DNA from: Felis catus
Taxonomy: Eukaryota
Length of the DNA: 64,000 bases
NCBI RefSeq assembly: GCF_018350175.1
Contig: NC_058368.1
Location: 235,788,001-235,852,000 of the forward strand
Reading direction: 5' to 3'
The number at the start of each line of letters is the position of its first letter. Within the stretch, counting starts at the first letter, position 1. The notes under the pieces were generated by a model. That model was given only the letters and a program-made list of their open reading frames with translations, was not told the origin of the DNA and ran no database searches. Below, piece by piece: positions 34,956 through 48,084 of the stretch. A program made the translations under genes and the position numbers.

Positions 34956-37900
34956 AAGAAATATCCTATTATCGAATTTTCCGTATATCCATAAACTTTA
35001 TCGATTATGCTTAATCTGATTTAAAGTATTGCTTAATTTTTTTTGTTATATTTCACTTAGGATGTTTACACTGGTGTTTAGAGTGAGGCTGGTTGGTTGG
35101 TTACTATATGTGTGTCTCTGACTACTACGCGAGTTTCATAAATAAACGAACAAATAGAAACCATCTTGTTTTCTCTCTGTCATCGGGTCAAGTTGAGCTG
35201 GAAGTCATTATATAATTTGTGACGACCACATATCTCTCCATCTCCTCCTCCTGTCACTCCTGTGAACTGGTGGTTACCTTATGCCTCGTAGAGCTTCTAA
35301 GGATTGTTCGTATAGAGGGTACATCGTGGTGCAGAAACACCCACAGCCTCATTTTTCATACCTGCAGAGTGTCCTTCACCTCCACTCACATGTAATTTTC
35401 CCTCTACCCATGGTTTTCAAGTTTTCCTTTTCTTATTTCAGTTTTCCAAATCTCTGTGGGTTTGCCCAATGTGGCTCTGCCCCTACATCGGCTTGATGAT
35501 CCTTGTGTCTCTTCTTTTGTTATTTCTACCATGACTTTCTACCCAGAAGTGGTTTTCTTTTGCTCTCCTCATTCTCTTTAGCTATGCTTACTCAATTCTC
35601 ATATTCTTACAACAACATTGCAGGAGAGAAAGTCCAGATATCTTCTAAGAATATTTTCTCCAAGGGAAAGAGAGTCAGGCCTGACCTGGGCCAGTGGAAA
35701 TTTTAATTCAGTGGTGTGGGCTCAGGACAATTTCTCATGAACTTGCTGCCTTCCCTGGTCTGGGATCCCCATTTACTGCCCCATGTCACAGACTACTTGG
35801 TGAACTGGAGATATACCTGTAGCTTATGAGGAGTGGGTTTGAGGGGGTCACTTGGAATTTATCTCTCTTTTATCAGCTTTGGTGGAGCCAATGACCTTGT
35901 TCACTTCTTTGTTTATCACTCTTCTGATTGGCCTTTTTCAAACAGGGCATATGAATGCCTTGGGTTTTTTTCTGCCCAGTTTTACCTGCCAATCAGAAGT
36001 GCAATATGGCATCAGCATTTTTCCTGAAGCCCACCCTGTTGCCCCAAGCAGAGTAGAGTAAAACGTTCTGGGTCCGACTATTTGGACAACTCTTCATTCT
36101 GCTTGATATTGTTAGAGATCTGTGTCAATGGTTAGCACTTTTCTATTTTATTTTATTTTGTTTTATTTTATTTTATTTATTCAATTCGATTTTCATTTGC
36201 CATTCAGATAGGTAGAGATATTTAACACTTCCATCTGCAGTGTGACCTCTGAACGTTTCTATTCTCTGTATGAGACGACATGACTCTCTTAGACTGATGG
36301 GGAAGATAGCCAGGTGCGGAGTGTGAAGAAAGAAGAAAAGTTTCGAATTAACCTTTGAGAGTAACTCTTGTCTAGGGAAATACACAAATGTCAACAGGTA
36401 GTATAAAGTGTCTAATTTAGATTAGAGATCAAGAAATTTAGAGTTGCCAATCTGACAGTTGTGTGACATTTCTAGATGTCGTGATATTGGCACAGAGAAA
36501 ACAGACACACAAGATATCAAGTGTTGGCATCTAATGGATTGGTATGGTGAAATGGTAACATGGCAATAGAGTTCCTCTTCTTCTCAGCTGAGTGATTCAA
36601 CAAGAAAGAGTGTAGTTTGCTGGATGAGGGACCACAGGGGACAGTGACCTGATGATGTACTTTTTGTGAAAGTTAACATAAGCCTCAATGAGGTCCAGCC
36701 TCAGGTGTGATGGGAAAAAGGCTCTGAGGATGGCAAGATGGGAGGCTGCGGTCAATGAGTAGGACTGAAGTGGTGGCAGAATTCTAACTGATGAGGGACA
36801 ATGCGGGGTTTGGGTGTGGCTCGGCTTCCTGTGGTTGGGTGGAAATGTGAAGAGCGAGGACAGTCCAGGTGACCTCTCATGCCTCCCTGGGCTAGAGGAA
36901 AACACTGAGGTGGATAGGAAGGCCAGGAGCAGAAATGCCTCCAGGGCTGATGAGTGCTAGGGGGTTGGGTCGACGTGCATGAGCGCATTGGGAGAGCCAG
37001 TGGAGACACGAGTGCCTTGGAGAAGTTGGGCTCTTTACATCAAATTAGAAGCGCATGTTCTGAACGTGGTATTGGAAATCAGAGATGACACGGAGAGCTG
37101 ACATCTTATGCAGCGACCAGGGTCAGGCCTATGGGTCATGGTGCATCAACCAGACTCTGGTAGGCCCTCGTGAGGTGTGTGATACTCAAGGTGCATAGCT
37201 GGAGTCACACCAGCCCGAATTCACCTCGCCTCTGAGGGACTGGTGTTCTAGATGAACAGGATAAGAGAGAATTCTTTAGTTTCCTGAACTATATCCATGG
37301 ATTGAAAAACTGGCAGCATCTGTGGGGATGTGGGCATTTTCTTCTTCCTCCTCCCGACAGTGTGTCTGACTTTTGGTACTTCTCTATATTATTGGGTTTT
37401 TAACCCAGAGATAGAAGGAATAAACATGAGTTTTTCCCCCTGGAAAAAAGGTTTCTATATCACAGGCTTTAAATTCTTATTATTTCAAATTTTGCACCTT
37501 CCAAATGCACTCATCAGACCCTCAGTTCGTGGTTATCACTGGTGGAGGAACACAGGAAGCTTGAAATGTGTCACTTACAGAGTCATTGAGAGTGAGTTCT
37601 GAAAATCATTTTAATTTATAGTTTTATCTTACCTTTTGACCATATAGGATCCTGAGTGTCTTCCTGTATGGGAGAGATTCAACTTAGAAACATATTCTAA
37701 CTAGAAAATTGCTTTTATTATTGCAATTATTTATCTATATTGGTTCACACTGCAAAAAGAGAAAAGACCAAAATCCAAGATGGTGGTTCAAAGTTCCAAT
37801 AATCAAATTTCAGGGTGTACGTATTAGCATGGCTATCACTGGTTTTTCCCATATAGCCTTGCTCTATAAACAGTACTCTGGGTATAATTTCTCTTGACAA

Positions 37901-39369
37901 CAGAGGACCTTGGGGTTCGCAGCACGTACGTATGTGAAGGTTTCTCGCCCTCTTATTCTTCTATCAACGATACAGGATTTGGCTTCACCCCAAATTCTAC
38001 AGGAAATGGAACATGCTCTGTCTGAGGCGTGTTTTCCCTTCTGGTGCGTATGTAACACACACAGCTTTGTTTCACGTGCTCCGAGATAACATGAGCTGCA
38101 GGTATGCTCTCTTTGTGGCGAAGAAATCAAAGCGTTTAGCTATTGCTGAAATCATGCAAATGACTTTACCTTACCTCTTCGCTTTCAGGTGGTGCGCATT
38201 GCTGATCTGCCTACCACCCAAACCCGTTTTTGAAGTTGATGAATCGTGTGGTCATATAACCTGTCACATCGGTTTATGAAGTCACCCAGTGTAATGAGAT
38301 GTGACCCACCGGAGTACATCAATTATTGGAAAGGTTTATTGTGGCAGACACTGGTAGAATGTGTGGTTTTCCCATTAGACATCTCTAATTAAGTACTGAG
38401 AGGGTAAGGCTTCGTGTCTACATGGACAGATTTGGGCTGGAGTAAGGATGGGCTAGGAACAGGAAGCAAAATAAAAACCACAACCAGACAAAAATGAAAT
38501 ATAATGATAATATGAGTATATGTACACACACACTCCTTCCCTCTCTTTTCCATATCTCTCTGATAGGTTAGGACGTAGACTGACTGCCATCTTGATAAGC
38601 CATCTTTGTGCCCCAGCAAGGCGGATGACCCCACACGGGGTGGAGATTCACACCTCCCTCCTCTTACCACACAGTACCCTGTGATGTGCTGCATCTCACC
38701 GTGAGACACCCACAATCCTTCAAGGAGATGAATTTCGAGCAGGCAAACTGCAGACGGGAGTGGAGACCCCACATGCAAATGTTGACAGAAAATGGCGTTG
38801 GCACCTAGAGCGTCACTAGGGTCAGTAGATCATTGATTGTTTCTGACTTGGGTGTCTCAGGATCCAAAAAGAATATTTAATGAGACAGGAAGCTGATTCT
38901 CTGTGTCCCCTAGGCTGCCTTTATTCTTTGTAAAGCCCAGAGCCTCTTTAGTCAATGACAGAAAACCTCAGAATAACCTGGATGTTTCTAGAAAACCTGT
39001 GGTTCATAACTGATGATGAAATGGAAGAGGTTATAAAAAGTGTGTGGGGAAACACAGTCTGACGCTGTGTTTGAGGATGACCTGGGGAAACCCTTCTCAA
39101 AGCCTGCTACATTCCTGTAGCCCCCTGCCCAACCAAAAGTAGCCCTCCTCCAACTATTGTGCTCTGGATCGCCTCAGAGCCTGGACTATGCCCCAAGTGG
39201 AGACAGCTTTTCTTATTTCAAATGCTTCCATCATGGACAACATCGAGGCAGAGTGAGAATGACAAAGGTTTGTGTCCAAAAAGTAGAGCTTGAGTTTGGG
39301 TTTCAACATCTTTTAGCCGTGAGACTTGGGTCAGGTATTTACCTGGGTCATCTTCTTCTGTAAGATGAA

Positions 39370-39900
39370 CGTTACGAACAACAAACAAAAGAACATACTT
39401 AGGCATGAATCTAACAAACCATGTAAAGGGTCTGACGCTGGAAATGAGGAAATAATGCTGAAGCTGAGGAATAAAGCTATAATCTAAACAAATGCAGAGA
39501 CATACAGTTTTCATAAACTGGAAGACGACTTACAGATGTCAACTTCCCAAAGTTTCCCTGTGGGTTCGATGCAATTCTTAGCAAGCCAAGGAAGGATTTT
39601 TTTAACAGATAAATAAGCTTATGCTAAAATTTATATGGGAAGGCAAAAGATCTAAAACAGCTGGAAATTTTTGAAAAAACAGAGGCGGGAGAAATCATTC
39701 CACCCAGTGTCAGGTGTTATTCTGTAGCTGTAAGAATCGAGACTGGACACTGCCCAGGGCAACGGAATAGGATGGGAAACCCAGAAACAAGTCACACAGA
39801 CTGATTTTTGCAGGGGTGCAACAAGCAATTGCATGGAGGACGGTCAGTCGCCTCAAAGATGGTCCTGAAGCAAGTGGACGTGGACAAATTAATAAACTGA
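39370..39900 (+). mobile_element. Old L1 (L1MC-like) ORF2 fragment, left part
   Basis: ATACTTAGGCATGAATCTAACAAA...AAATTTATATGGGAAGGCAAAAGATCTA...CTGATTTTTG; continues at 40967. Confidence 0.8.
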
Positions 39901-39949
39901 AATAATTAAAAAATAACTTAAAAAATAACAATTAAATAATTAAGAACTT

Positions 39950-40852
39950 TTTTAGAATATGAAATTTATTGTCAAATTGGTTTCCATACAACGCCCAGTG
40001 CTCATCCCAATAGGTGCCCTCCTCCATGCCCATCACCTCCCCTCCCCTCCCTCCCACTCCCCATCAACTCTGTTTATTCTCAGTTTTTAAGAGTCTCTTA
40101 TGGTTTGGCTCCCTCCCTAGCTTTTTTTCCCCTTCCCTTCCCCCATGGTCTTCTGTTAAGTTTCTCAGGATCCACATAAGAGTGAAAACATATGGTACCT
40201 GTCTTTCTCTGTCTGACTTATTTCACTTAGCACAACACTCTCCAGTTCCATCCATGTTGCTACAAGAGGCCATATTTCATTCTTTCTCATTGCCACGTAG
40301 TATTCCATTGTGTATATAAACCACAATTTCTTTATCTGTTCATCAGTTGATGGACATTTAGGCTCTTTCCATAATTTGGCTATTGTTGAAATTGACGCTA
40401 TAAACATTGGGGTACAAGTGCCCCTATGCATCAGCGCTCCTGTATCCCTTGGGTAAATTCCTAGCAGTGTTATTGCTGGGTCATAAGGTAGATCTATTTT
40501 TAATTTTTTGAAGAACCTCCACACTGTTTTCCAGAGCGGCTGCACCAGTTGGCATTCCCACCAACAGTGCAATAGGGTTCCTGTTTCTCCGCATCCTCTC
40601 CAGCATCTATAGTCTTCTGATTTATTCATTTTAGCCACTCTGACCAGTGTGAGGCGGTATCTCAGAGTGGCTTTGAGTTGTATTTCCCTGATGAGGAGTG
40701 ACGTTGAGCATCTTTTCATGTGCTTGTTGGCCAGGTGGATGTCTTCTTTACAGAATTGTCTATTAATGTCTTCTTCCCATTTCTTCACTGGCTTCTTTGT
40801 TTTTCGGGCGTGGAGTTTGGTGAGTCCTTTATAGATTTTGGATACTAGCCCT
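39950..40852 (-). mobile_element. Younger felid-type L1 3' end (non-inverted part)
   Basis: Open 207-aa ORF2 C-terminus (40165-40788, ...[14 protein letters not shown]...), 3'UTR, T-run at ~39948. Confidence 0.97.
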
Positions 40853-40954
40853 CATGAAGATAAAAAGCTTCTTCACTGCAAAGGAAACAATCAATAAAAC
40901 TAAAAGGCAACCAACGGAATGGGAAAAGATATTTGCAAATGACATATCAGATAA
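40850..40954 (+). mobile_element. Inverted 5' segment of the same L1 (twin priming)
   Basis: Sense ORF2 sequence CCTCATGAAGATAAAAAGC...GACATATCAGATAA, which in L1 directly precedes AGGGCTAGTATCC (compare 23455-23485). Confidence 0.9.
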
Positions 40955-40966
40955 GAAAAAGAACTT

Positions 40967-42303
40967 CGACCTAAACTTCGCACCTTGTACAACATAATTC
41001 GAAGTGGATCATGGGCTTGCATGTAAAGTATAAAACTGTAAAACTTTTAGAAGAAAACAGAAGAGAACTTGGGACCCAAGACTGGGTAAAGAATTCTCAG
41101 ACACGATGTTGAGAGCATGATCCATAAAAGATCATGGACTTCATCAAAATTGAAAAAAAAATACTTTGCTCTTCAAATGTTTCCTCAAATAACGAGGGGG
41201 TGAAATGAGAAGTTGTGAGCTTGAAGAAAATGCTGGCAAACCACACATCTAAGAACTTATACTGAGTATTTATTATACAATTGCAAAACTCAGCACTAAA
41301 CAACAGTAATAACAAACAAGTGAGAAAGTTGGCAACAGATATGAACAGCCGTCTCACTAATGAGGAGCCATGGGCGGCAAGTCTATGCATGAAGAGAGGC
41401 TCCCCGCCATTCGCTCTTAAGGAAGTGCGAATGAAAACCCCAGTGAGACACCACCGGACACCAGCCTCCACCCCTGAAATGTCCGGCGCTGGTGAGGATG
41501 CAGAGACTATGGGTCACTCAGGAATGGAAAATGGTAGAGTCATGCTGGAAGCTTTTGCAAAACTAGATTCAGCTTACCAGGTGAACCAGCGGCTATGCTC
41601 TTGGGTGGGTATCCTGGAGAAATGAATGTGTATGTTCTCACAGAAATCTGTTCATGAGTGTTTGTAGCAGCTATACTCGTAACAGCCCCAAACTGGAAAA
41701 AAAAAAACCCAGGTGTCTTTCAACTAGCGAAGGGTTCAACAAAGTGTGGTAGAGCGGCACCCCGGGGTTCCACTCAGAAATGAAAAGGCGCAAGGCGCTG
41801 ATACACATAACAACTTAGATGACTATCCGGGGAATGATGCTGAGTGACAAAGTCAATCTCAAAAGATTATGTACTGCATGACTCTGTTTGTATAACCTTG
41901 TTGAGATGACAAACGTCTACAGACTGGGAGCACATTAATGTTTGCTGGCCACAGGGATGGAACCGTCAAGGGGTCGCATGAGGCAGGACCTTTGAAGGAA
42001 CGGAACAGTCTTGGCACTGATAGTGGTGGCCGCCATGCATGGAGTCAAGAGGCATAAACCACATGCACACACACACGTGCACACACAGATACACACACAT
42101 ACGACTGCATGTAGAAACAGGCCTGCATTCTAGAAAACTATATTGTACCAATGTCGATTTCCTGGTTCTTATATTATATTACATTTGTATAAGAGGCCAC
42201 CGTTAGTGAAAGTAGGGTCAAGCGTTCAATGGAACCTACGTACCAATTTTGGAACTTCCTGTGAGTCTGTAATTTATTTTGAAATCAGATATTAAAAAAG
42301 AAA
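40967..42303 (+). mobile_element. Old L1 (L1MC-like) ORF2 end and 3'UTR, right part
   Basis: CGACCTAAACTTCGCACCTTGTAC...AAGTCAATCTCAAAAGATTATGTACTGCATG...ACTTCCTGTGAGTCTGTAATT...A-tail. Confidence 0.85.
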
Positions 42304-43794
42304 CCTAGCAAAGAGTGTTAAGAAGCAATTTTAGAATTTACAAGTATAATAGAATAAAAAGATCGACTTCTTTTTCATGAAATCATTGAAGGCATAACGG
42401 GGAAAGTAAGAACTCAGTCTTCTGCTAAGAAGGAGCTATCTGGAGTCCCGTAAGACAAGTGCATGTGATCTGCCAATTACACTGGAATTGGTCCAGCATG
42501 AAAAGGGCCCTGAGAAGGTCCCCTGCTATGGTGACCTCAGTCACATTTGTGCACAGCAATGTGTCTAAAGTGGAAGCGGGTTCTGAGAAACAAATCCAGT
42601 GTCTGTTACTTTGGAACGATTCAGGGCAGAGCAGGTCCTGGAGTGGGCGGCTGCCACTTAGTGACTAATCTTTATCGCTTGAAGATAAAGGGGATAAACC
42701 ACTGATGGCCCCACCAAGTGGCACTCCAAAGTTCACAGGGAGTAGGGGAGTCTTCTCTCTGGCATCCGTGAAAACATGCTGTTACGTGAACGTTCAACTT
42801 GTCAACTGCTGGTCTATTAAGAGCTTACTTCATTCTGACATAAATAAAAATGAAAAGAAGAAAAAGGCTCTTCTAAATACTGTGAACAGAGGAGGAAAAA
42901 TACACACACAATAACAAAGTCTGTGGAAGAGAAAAATTTTTCCCCCAAAGGTGTAAAAATATCATCACTTATGATTTCCCCAAGAAACAAAATGTAGATA
43001 GACCAAGTAGGTAAGTAAGTAGACCAGTAGGTAAGTAGACCAGTAGATATCTGGTCTCTGTCCAATAAAAGTTCAAGTCAATGATACAAGTGCTCGAGAA
43101 AGAAAGGATGAAGGAAAGTATGGCCTAGAAATTGAGGTCTTGCAGTCCAGGAGCGAAACGTAAATGACAAGCGAGGCACTTGATAAAGGAGGCGTGCTTG
43201 GAGACACCTCAGAGGAACACGGATGCTGATGGAATTAAGTGAGGTCACAGAAAAGGGGCTTGAGAAAAGCACACAAAGCATGGAGTGAGGATTTTGAAAA
43301 GGCGAGAGAGGAAATGATGCACAGGAAAGACAAGGCAAATTCAACATCTATGTAACTGACGCTCTTGATGACAAGCGTCAGAAGGAAAACCAAAAGAAAC
43401 TTTCAAGGTGCACTTTAAGCACGTTGTTCTAAAGTAGACCATGGGCTCATGGATTGCAAGTATGATGGGATCTTGATCAATCGGCACTAAGAAGCACGAA
43501 GAGAGCACCTAGGGAAGATGGTAGACGAGAAAGACTTTTGTGTGTGTTTGGGAGGGGGGTGGTAATAAGAAAAAAGGACCCGATCACTTATGCCACCACT
43601 AGGGGGCGGGCAGTCTGATTTCATGCTTCTTTGCAACAGCTTTCAGTTGAAGAAGGTAGTGTAATGGTACCATGTAATTCCTCAGGAAAAAGAATGTGAT
43701 ATGAGAGTAGGACATGGTCATTCAAATACAGAGAGAACAGATACATATTGTTAACATATAAGAACTCAGGGGGTACAGTTTGCATGAACCCTTT

Positions 43795-43831
43795 TAGTTT
43801 TTTAAAGTTTATTTGTTTATTTTGTGTGTGT

Positions 43832-43867
<36 letters not shown>

Positions 43868-43870
43868 GCA
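43795..43870 (-). repeat. Isolated SINE tail remnant with (TG)n(GA)n
   Basis: TTTTTAAAGTTTATTTGTTTATTTTG...GAGAGAGAGCA with no head. Confidence 0.55.
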
Positions 43871-44907
43871 AACCAACAACCACCACAAAATATCACTTTT
43901 ACCTAAAATACTGCTTTCACCTTCAAGCCTCCCCCTCGGGTAGAGTCAAAGTAAAAAGAGGCAGGCCCCCCGCCCAAGACACAAAATGTGGAACAGCTGA
44001 TAGTCTTGAAAGGTGTCTGGATGTGTTTACCAGCCAACGATGCTCTCTGAAGTTCATTTGCTGAAGTCACTTCTAGTTACCTGTTTATGCCGCAGGAAAC
44101 AGCTCCAGAAAGAAACTAAAGCGGCTAATGTGGAATTATATCAGAAGTGATTCATCCGAGGACATTTTTATTCAGTACTTGGACGCATTATCCGTTGTTC
44201 CACCAGCCCTACTGGTAGGAAATAAAACTTGGGTTTCTCTGTCTTCCATGTGACCTTTTTCTGTTCTCTGTTCTTTCCCAGCTAGTGAGAAAATTATCCG
44301 GAGAGATTGAAAGCCTTCCATTTACAGTTTTCACAGAATGTTCAATATGAAAACATGCAGAACACGTGATTTGAGGGGGGAAAAACCCTAAACTATTCTT
44401 TCTATTATTAATAAGTTCACCGTAAGTGTTTTGTAACCAAACAAGAGCCTTTACACGTTAATTGAACAAACTATAAAGGGTAATTCAGTATATGTGACCT
44501 AAAGCAGCAAGGGGATCGCAACTAAAATTTTGCTGCAGGAACTTTCTGGAGGTACTAAGACGGAAACCCTCACAGGAGGCTTTGGTAAGAGTTGGTGGTG
44601 AATTTCCAGAAGATTGATTTATTTTACTCTTTAATGTGATATACATATTTAAAGTTTTATGCTCAAAGGAAACAAATCCACCTGCCTACAGATATAGGAT
44701 GTGGTCAATTGTGTATTTAACCTTCTTAAAAATCCTTTATTTTCAAGGATGTTCGAAACTGCCTCTCAAGCAAATCAAACATCATGTAACAATGAACAGA
44801 GAATTACAAGCATTTAAAATAGCTACATGAATTTTTGGTGTATAACCTATGAGATAATTCCACACTCCATTTAATAAATCCACAAGATTTAAAATTCATA
44901 TTTTATC

Positions 44908-45327
44908 TTTTTTTAAATATGAAATTTATTGTCAAATTGGTTTCCATATGACACCCAGTGCTCATCCCGACAGGTGCCCTCCTCAATGCCCATCACCCAC
45001 CCTCCCCTCCCTCCCACTCCCCATCAACCCTCAGATTGTTCTCAGTCTTTAAGAGTCTCTTATGTTTTGGCTCCCTCCCTCTCTAACCTTTTTTTTTCCT
45101 TCCCTTCCCCCATGGTCTTCTGTTAAGTTTCTCAGGATCCACATAAGAGTGAAAACATACGGTATCTGTCTTTCTCTGTTTGACTTATTTCGCTTAGAAT
45201 TAACACTCTCCAGTTCCATCCACGTTGCTACAAAAGGCCGGATTTCATTCTTTCTCATTGCCACGTAGTATTCCATTGTGTATATAAACCACAATTCTTT
45301 ATCCGTTCATCAGTTGATGGACATTGG
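44908..45327 (-). mobile_element. Short 5'-truncated felid-type L1 3' end
   Basis: Highly similar to 39950-40370 (ATGAAATTTATTGTCAAATTGGTTTCCATA...); peptide WFIYTMEYYVAMRKNEI. Confidence 0.95.
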
Positions 45328-45343
45328 CTCGAGTTTTATGTTT

Positions 45344-45594
45344 GTTTTTTATTTTTTTTATTTTTTTTATTTTTCAAAAAAATTTTTTTTCAACGTTTAT
45401 TTATTTTTGGGACAGAGAGAGACAGAGCATGAACGGGGGAGGGGCAGAGAGAGAGAGGGAGACACAGAATCAGAAACAGGCTCCAGGCTCTGAGCCATCA
45501 GCCCAGAGCCCGACGCGGAGCTCAAACTCACGGACCGCGAGATCATGACCTGGCTGAAGTCGGACGCTTAACCGACTGTGCCACCCAGGCGCCC
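45344..45594 (-). mobile_element. Young SINEC_Fc-type SINE
   Basis: Perfect 16-bp TSD CTCGAGTTTTATGTTT at 45328-45343 and 45595-45610. Confidence 0.97.
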
Positions 45595-46909
45595 CTCGAG
45601 TTTTATGTTTTTAATCTACCTCCAGCCACAGATGAGGTATCTTAAATATTATCCTGTGAATAAAAATCCAATAAATAGCGACACTTGTTGCAGAGAAAAA
45701 TATTTAGAAAAGGAACAGCTTGGAGTGATGGATTGGATCCCGTTGCTGGGAAGAAAGCTGGGGTTCCGGGCAGGGGTGGCACTGTTTTGGAAAGACTGTG
45801 TGCTAGCACGGTCAGTAACAGGTTTCCATCTTTTGAAAATTAGGAACAAATGATGGTAAAGGAGAAAATGAAGACAAGGCTTAGGTCACAATGGCGGTCT
45901 CTTGGAGAGGGTGATAAACTCAAAGGCGTGTCAGAAGTCCCTCATTTATCAGGTGTTATGTCAGTTAAATTAAAGTTATAGGTAATTCATTAGGTGTCCT
46001 CAGAGGACCCTGGTAGACTGTCATCGAAACCCACACAAGATTTCTGCAATAAGGTCATTAAAAAGATGCACGGGCCCCTGAGTTCTCTGCTAACTTTCCA
46101 CGTCGAAGCCCAGTGACTTACAACTTTCATTCTTGAGGGTAGCGGGGATGTTTGTCAGCTCTTATAAGTGGACTTGCAGAGGTACTCAATTTACAGTATC
46201 TAGAGTGCAGTGGAAATGAATGAACACCTGTACATTTGCTCAGATACTATGTCAGGCGATACGAAATTAGCTGTCATAACAAGTCCATAAAGCCTTAACA
46301 CACTATTTGTCTTGCTCAGTTTATAAAGTACATAAACTATGGTAAGCTGATCTAAACTGGCGCTCTTTGGAGGACAGCCTGATCTAGCGGTAATGAGAAT
46401 CACCTATGGATTTGACCCTGCTGAGAATTTTTCTTCTCCTCTACGTGCTCTTAGCTGATTTGCGTGCCTGTAGTTTATAACTATAGGCATCAGTCCACGA
46501 GCCCGGTTTTTCTCCTGGTCCTTTTGTCTTTTACTAAAGCTTCATCAGAAAAATCAAAGGTTTAGAAATAGCCCTCTTTTTCTTTACCACCTCAAACCTG
46601 GCAATAAAAATTTGCAGTTCGGATTCAGGGATGTTTTAGCAGGAAAATGTGAGGATAAGTGAGACTGTGTTTCTCCAAGGTAGTTTATAAAGAAAGAGAG
46701 GTTAACAGATCAAGAATGAGAAAGGTCACCTCTTTAATGGGACTTTAGAATTCACAAGACACTTGAAAAGTGCCCCACTCTACTTCACGTAGTATGCCAT
46801 GGATGCTTTTCCTAATATTAGAATATCTCCCTGTTGATTTCCGTAGATTCCAGAAAATCCAGACCAAAACCCATGGATACGGGTTTTTAACTATGAGGAT
46901 TAAAAATCT

Positions 46910-47139
46910 GGGGCGCCTGGGTGGCGCAGTTGGTTAAGCGTCCGACTTCAGCCAGGTCACGATCTCGCGGTCCGTGAGTTCGAGCCCCGCGTCAGGCTCT
47001 GGGCTGATGGCTCAGAGCCTGGAGCCTGTTTCCGATTCTGTGTCTCCCTCTCTCTCTGCCCCTCCTCTGCTCATGCTCTGTCTCTCTCTTCAAATAAACG
47101 TTGAAAAAAAAATTTAAAAAAAAAAACTGAAAAAAAAAA
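46910..47139 (+). mobile_element. Young SINEC_Fc-type SINE
   Basis: Full head with CTTCAGCCAGGTCACG, poly-A; no clear TSD. Confidence 0.96.
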
Positions 47140-47174
47140 CTAAGACTTTGGGTTTCATATGGAGAGCTTTAGAT

Positions 47175-47470
47175 CAGCGGCTTCAAAGTAGGGTGTGAGC
47201 GTCACTGGAACTGAACAACCCCCTCAGATGCTGGAAGAAATTACGAGAACTTCTATTTACATTTATTTTAGTCAGAAAGTTGTATGCGATTTAAGCTTTA
47301 CTGATATTTACTCTATGGACTGACACTTGGGCTCATCCTTTGTCAAGGTTAGATGGTTGGTGGCCTATGATTAGCTGCTTGACTTCTAAATTTATGGTGA
47401 GACAGAGGGCAGCTCAGGTGTGCCCACTTGTGAGGGAACCTTGTTTACAAAAGTCCCACAAAAGTTGAAG
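47175..47470 (+). mobile_element. hAT-Charlie (Charlie4-like) DNA transposon relic
   Basis: CTTCAAAGTAGGGTG...GAAGAAATTACGAGAACTTCTATTTACATTTATT...TTAAGCTTTACTGATATTTA resembles recalled Charlie4 consensus. Confidence 0.6.
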
Positions 47471-47595
47471 TTAAGCATATTCCTGATGAAGTATTCACGA
47501 GAAAGCCACACACACACACACACACACAAATGTCCTTTGTTAACCACATTACTACCAAATGATCACCTACTTATGGCTGTCAAGAAGGTGACCCA

Positions 47596-47821
47596 GGGGC
47601 GCCTGGGTGGCGCAGTCGGTTAAGCGTCCGACTTCAGCCAGGTCACGATCTCGCGGTCCGTGAGTTCGAGCCCCGCGTCAGGCTCTGGGCTGATGGCTCG
47701 GAGCCTGGAGCCTGTTTCCGATTATGTGTCTCCCTCTCTCTCTGCCCCTCCCCTGTTCATGCTCTGTCTCTCTCTGTCCCAAAAATAAATAAAGGTTGAA
47801 AAAAAAATTAAAAAAAAAAAA
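47596..47821 (+). mobile_element. Young SINEC_Fc-type SINE
   Basis: Perfect 14-bp TSD AAGAAGGTGACCCA at 47582-47595 and 47822-47835. Confidence 0.97.
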
Positions 47822-47894
47822 AAGAAGGTGACCCAAAAAAGGATGTGAAATTATCAAATAGATTATTTGAAATATGGCCATTATAGCCACTGAT

Positions 47895-48084
47895 TTCTTA
47901 AAATGTTTATTTATTTTTAAAGAGGGGAGGCAGAGAGAGAGAGCGGGGGTGGGGGGAGATAATCATAAGCTGTGCTGATAGCACAGAGCCTGATGCAGGG
48001 CTCGATCCCATGAGCCATGAGATCATGACCTGAGCCAACATCAAGAGTTAGACGCTTTAACCGACTGAGCCACCCAGGTACCCC
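47895..48084 (-). mobile_element. Older CanSINE
   Basis: Tail and head ...CCACCCAGGTACCCC. Confidence 0.92.

Noticed and set aside
37903..38280. Possible exon pair (acceptor ~37902, donor 38102, acceptor 38188)
   Set aside because: The frames I translated hit stops or give unrecognisable peptides, the signals are of ordinary strength, and there is no supporting context.
40165..40788. 207-aa ORF
   Set aside because: It is the C-terminus of L1 ORF2 in a truncated, inverted insertion with no promoter or RT domain.
42993..43048. Short tandem repeat GTAGACCAGTAGGTAA (about 3 copies) as a CRISPR-like array
   Set aside because: It has no unique spacers and is a simple minisatellite in a mammalian genome.
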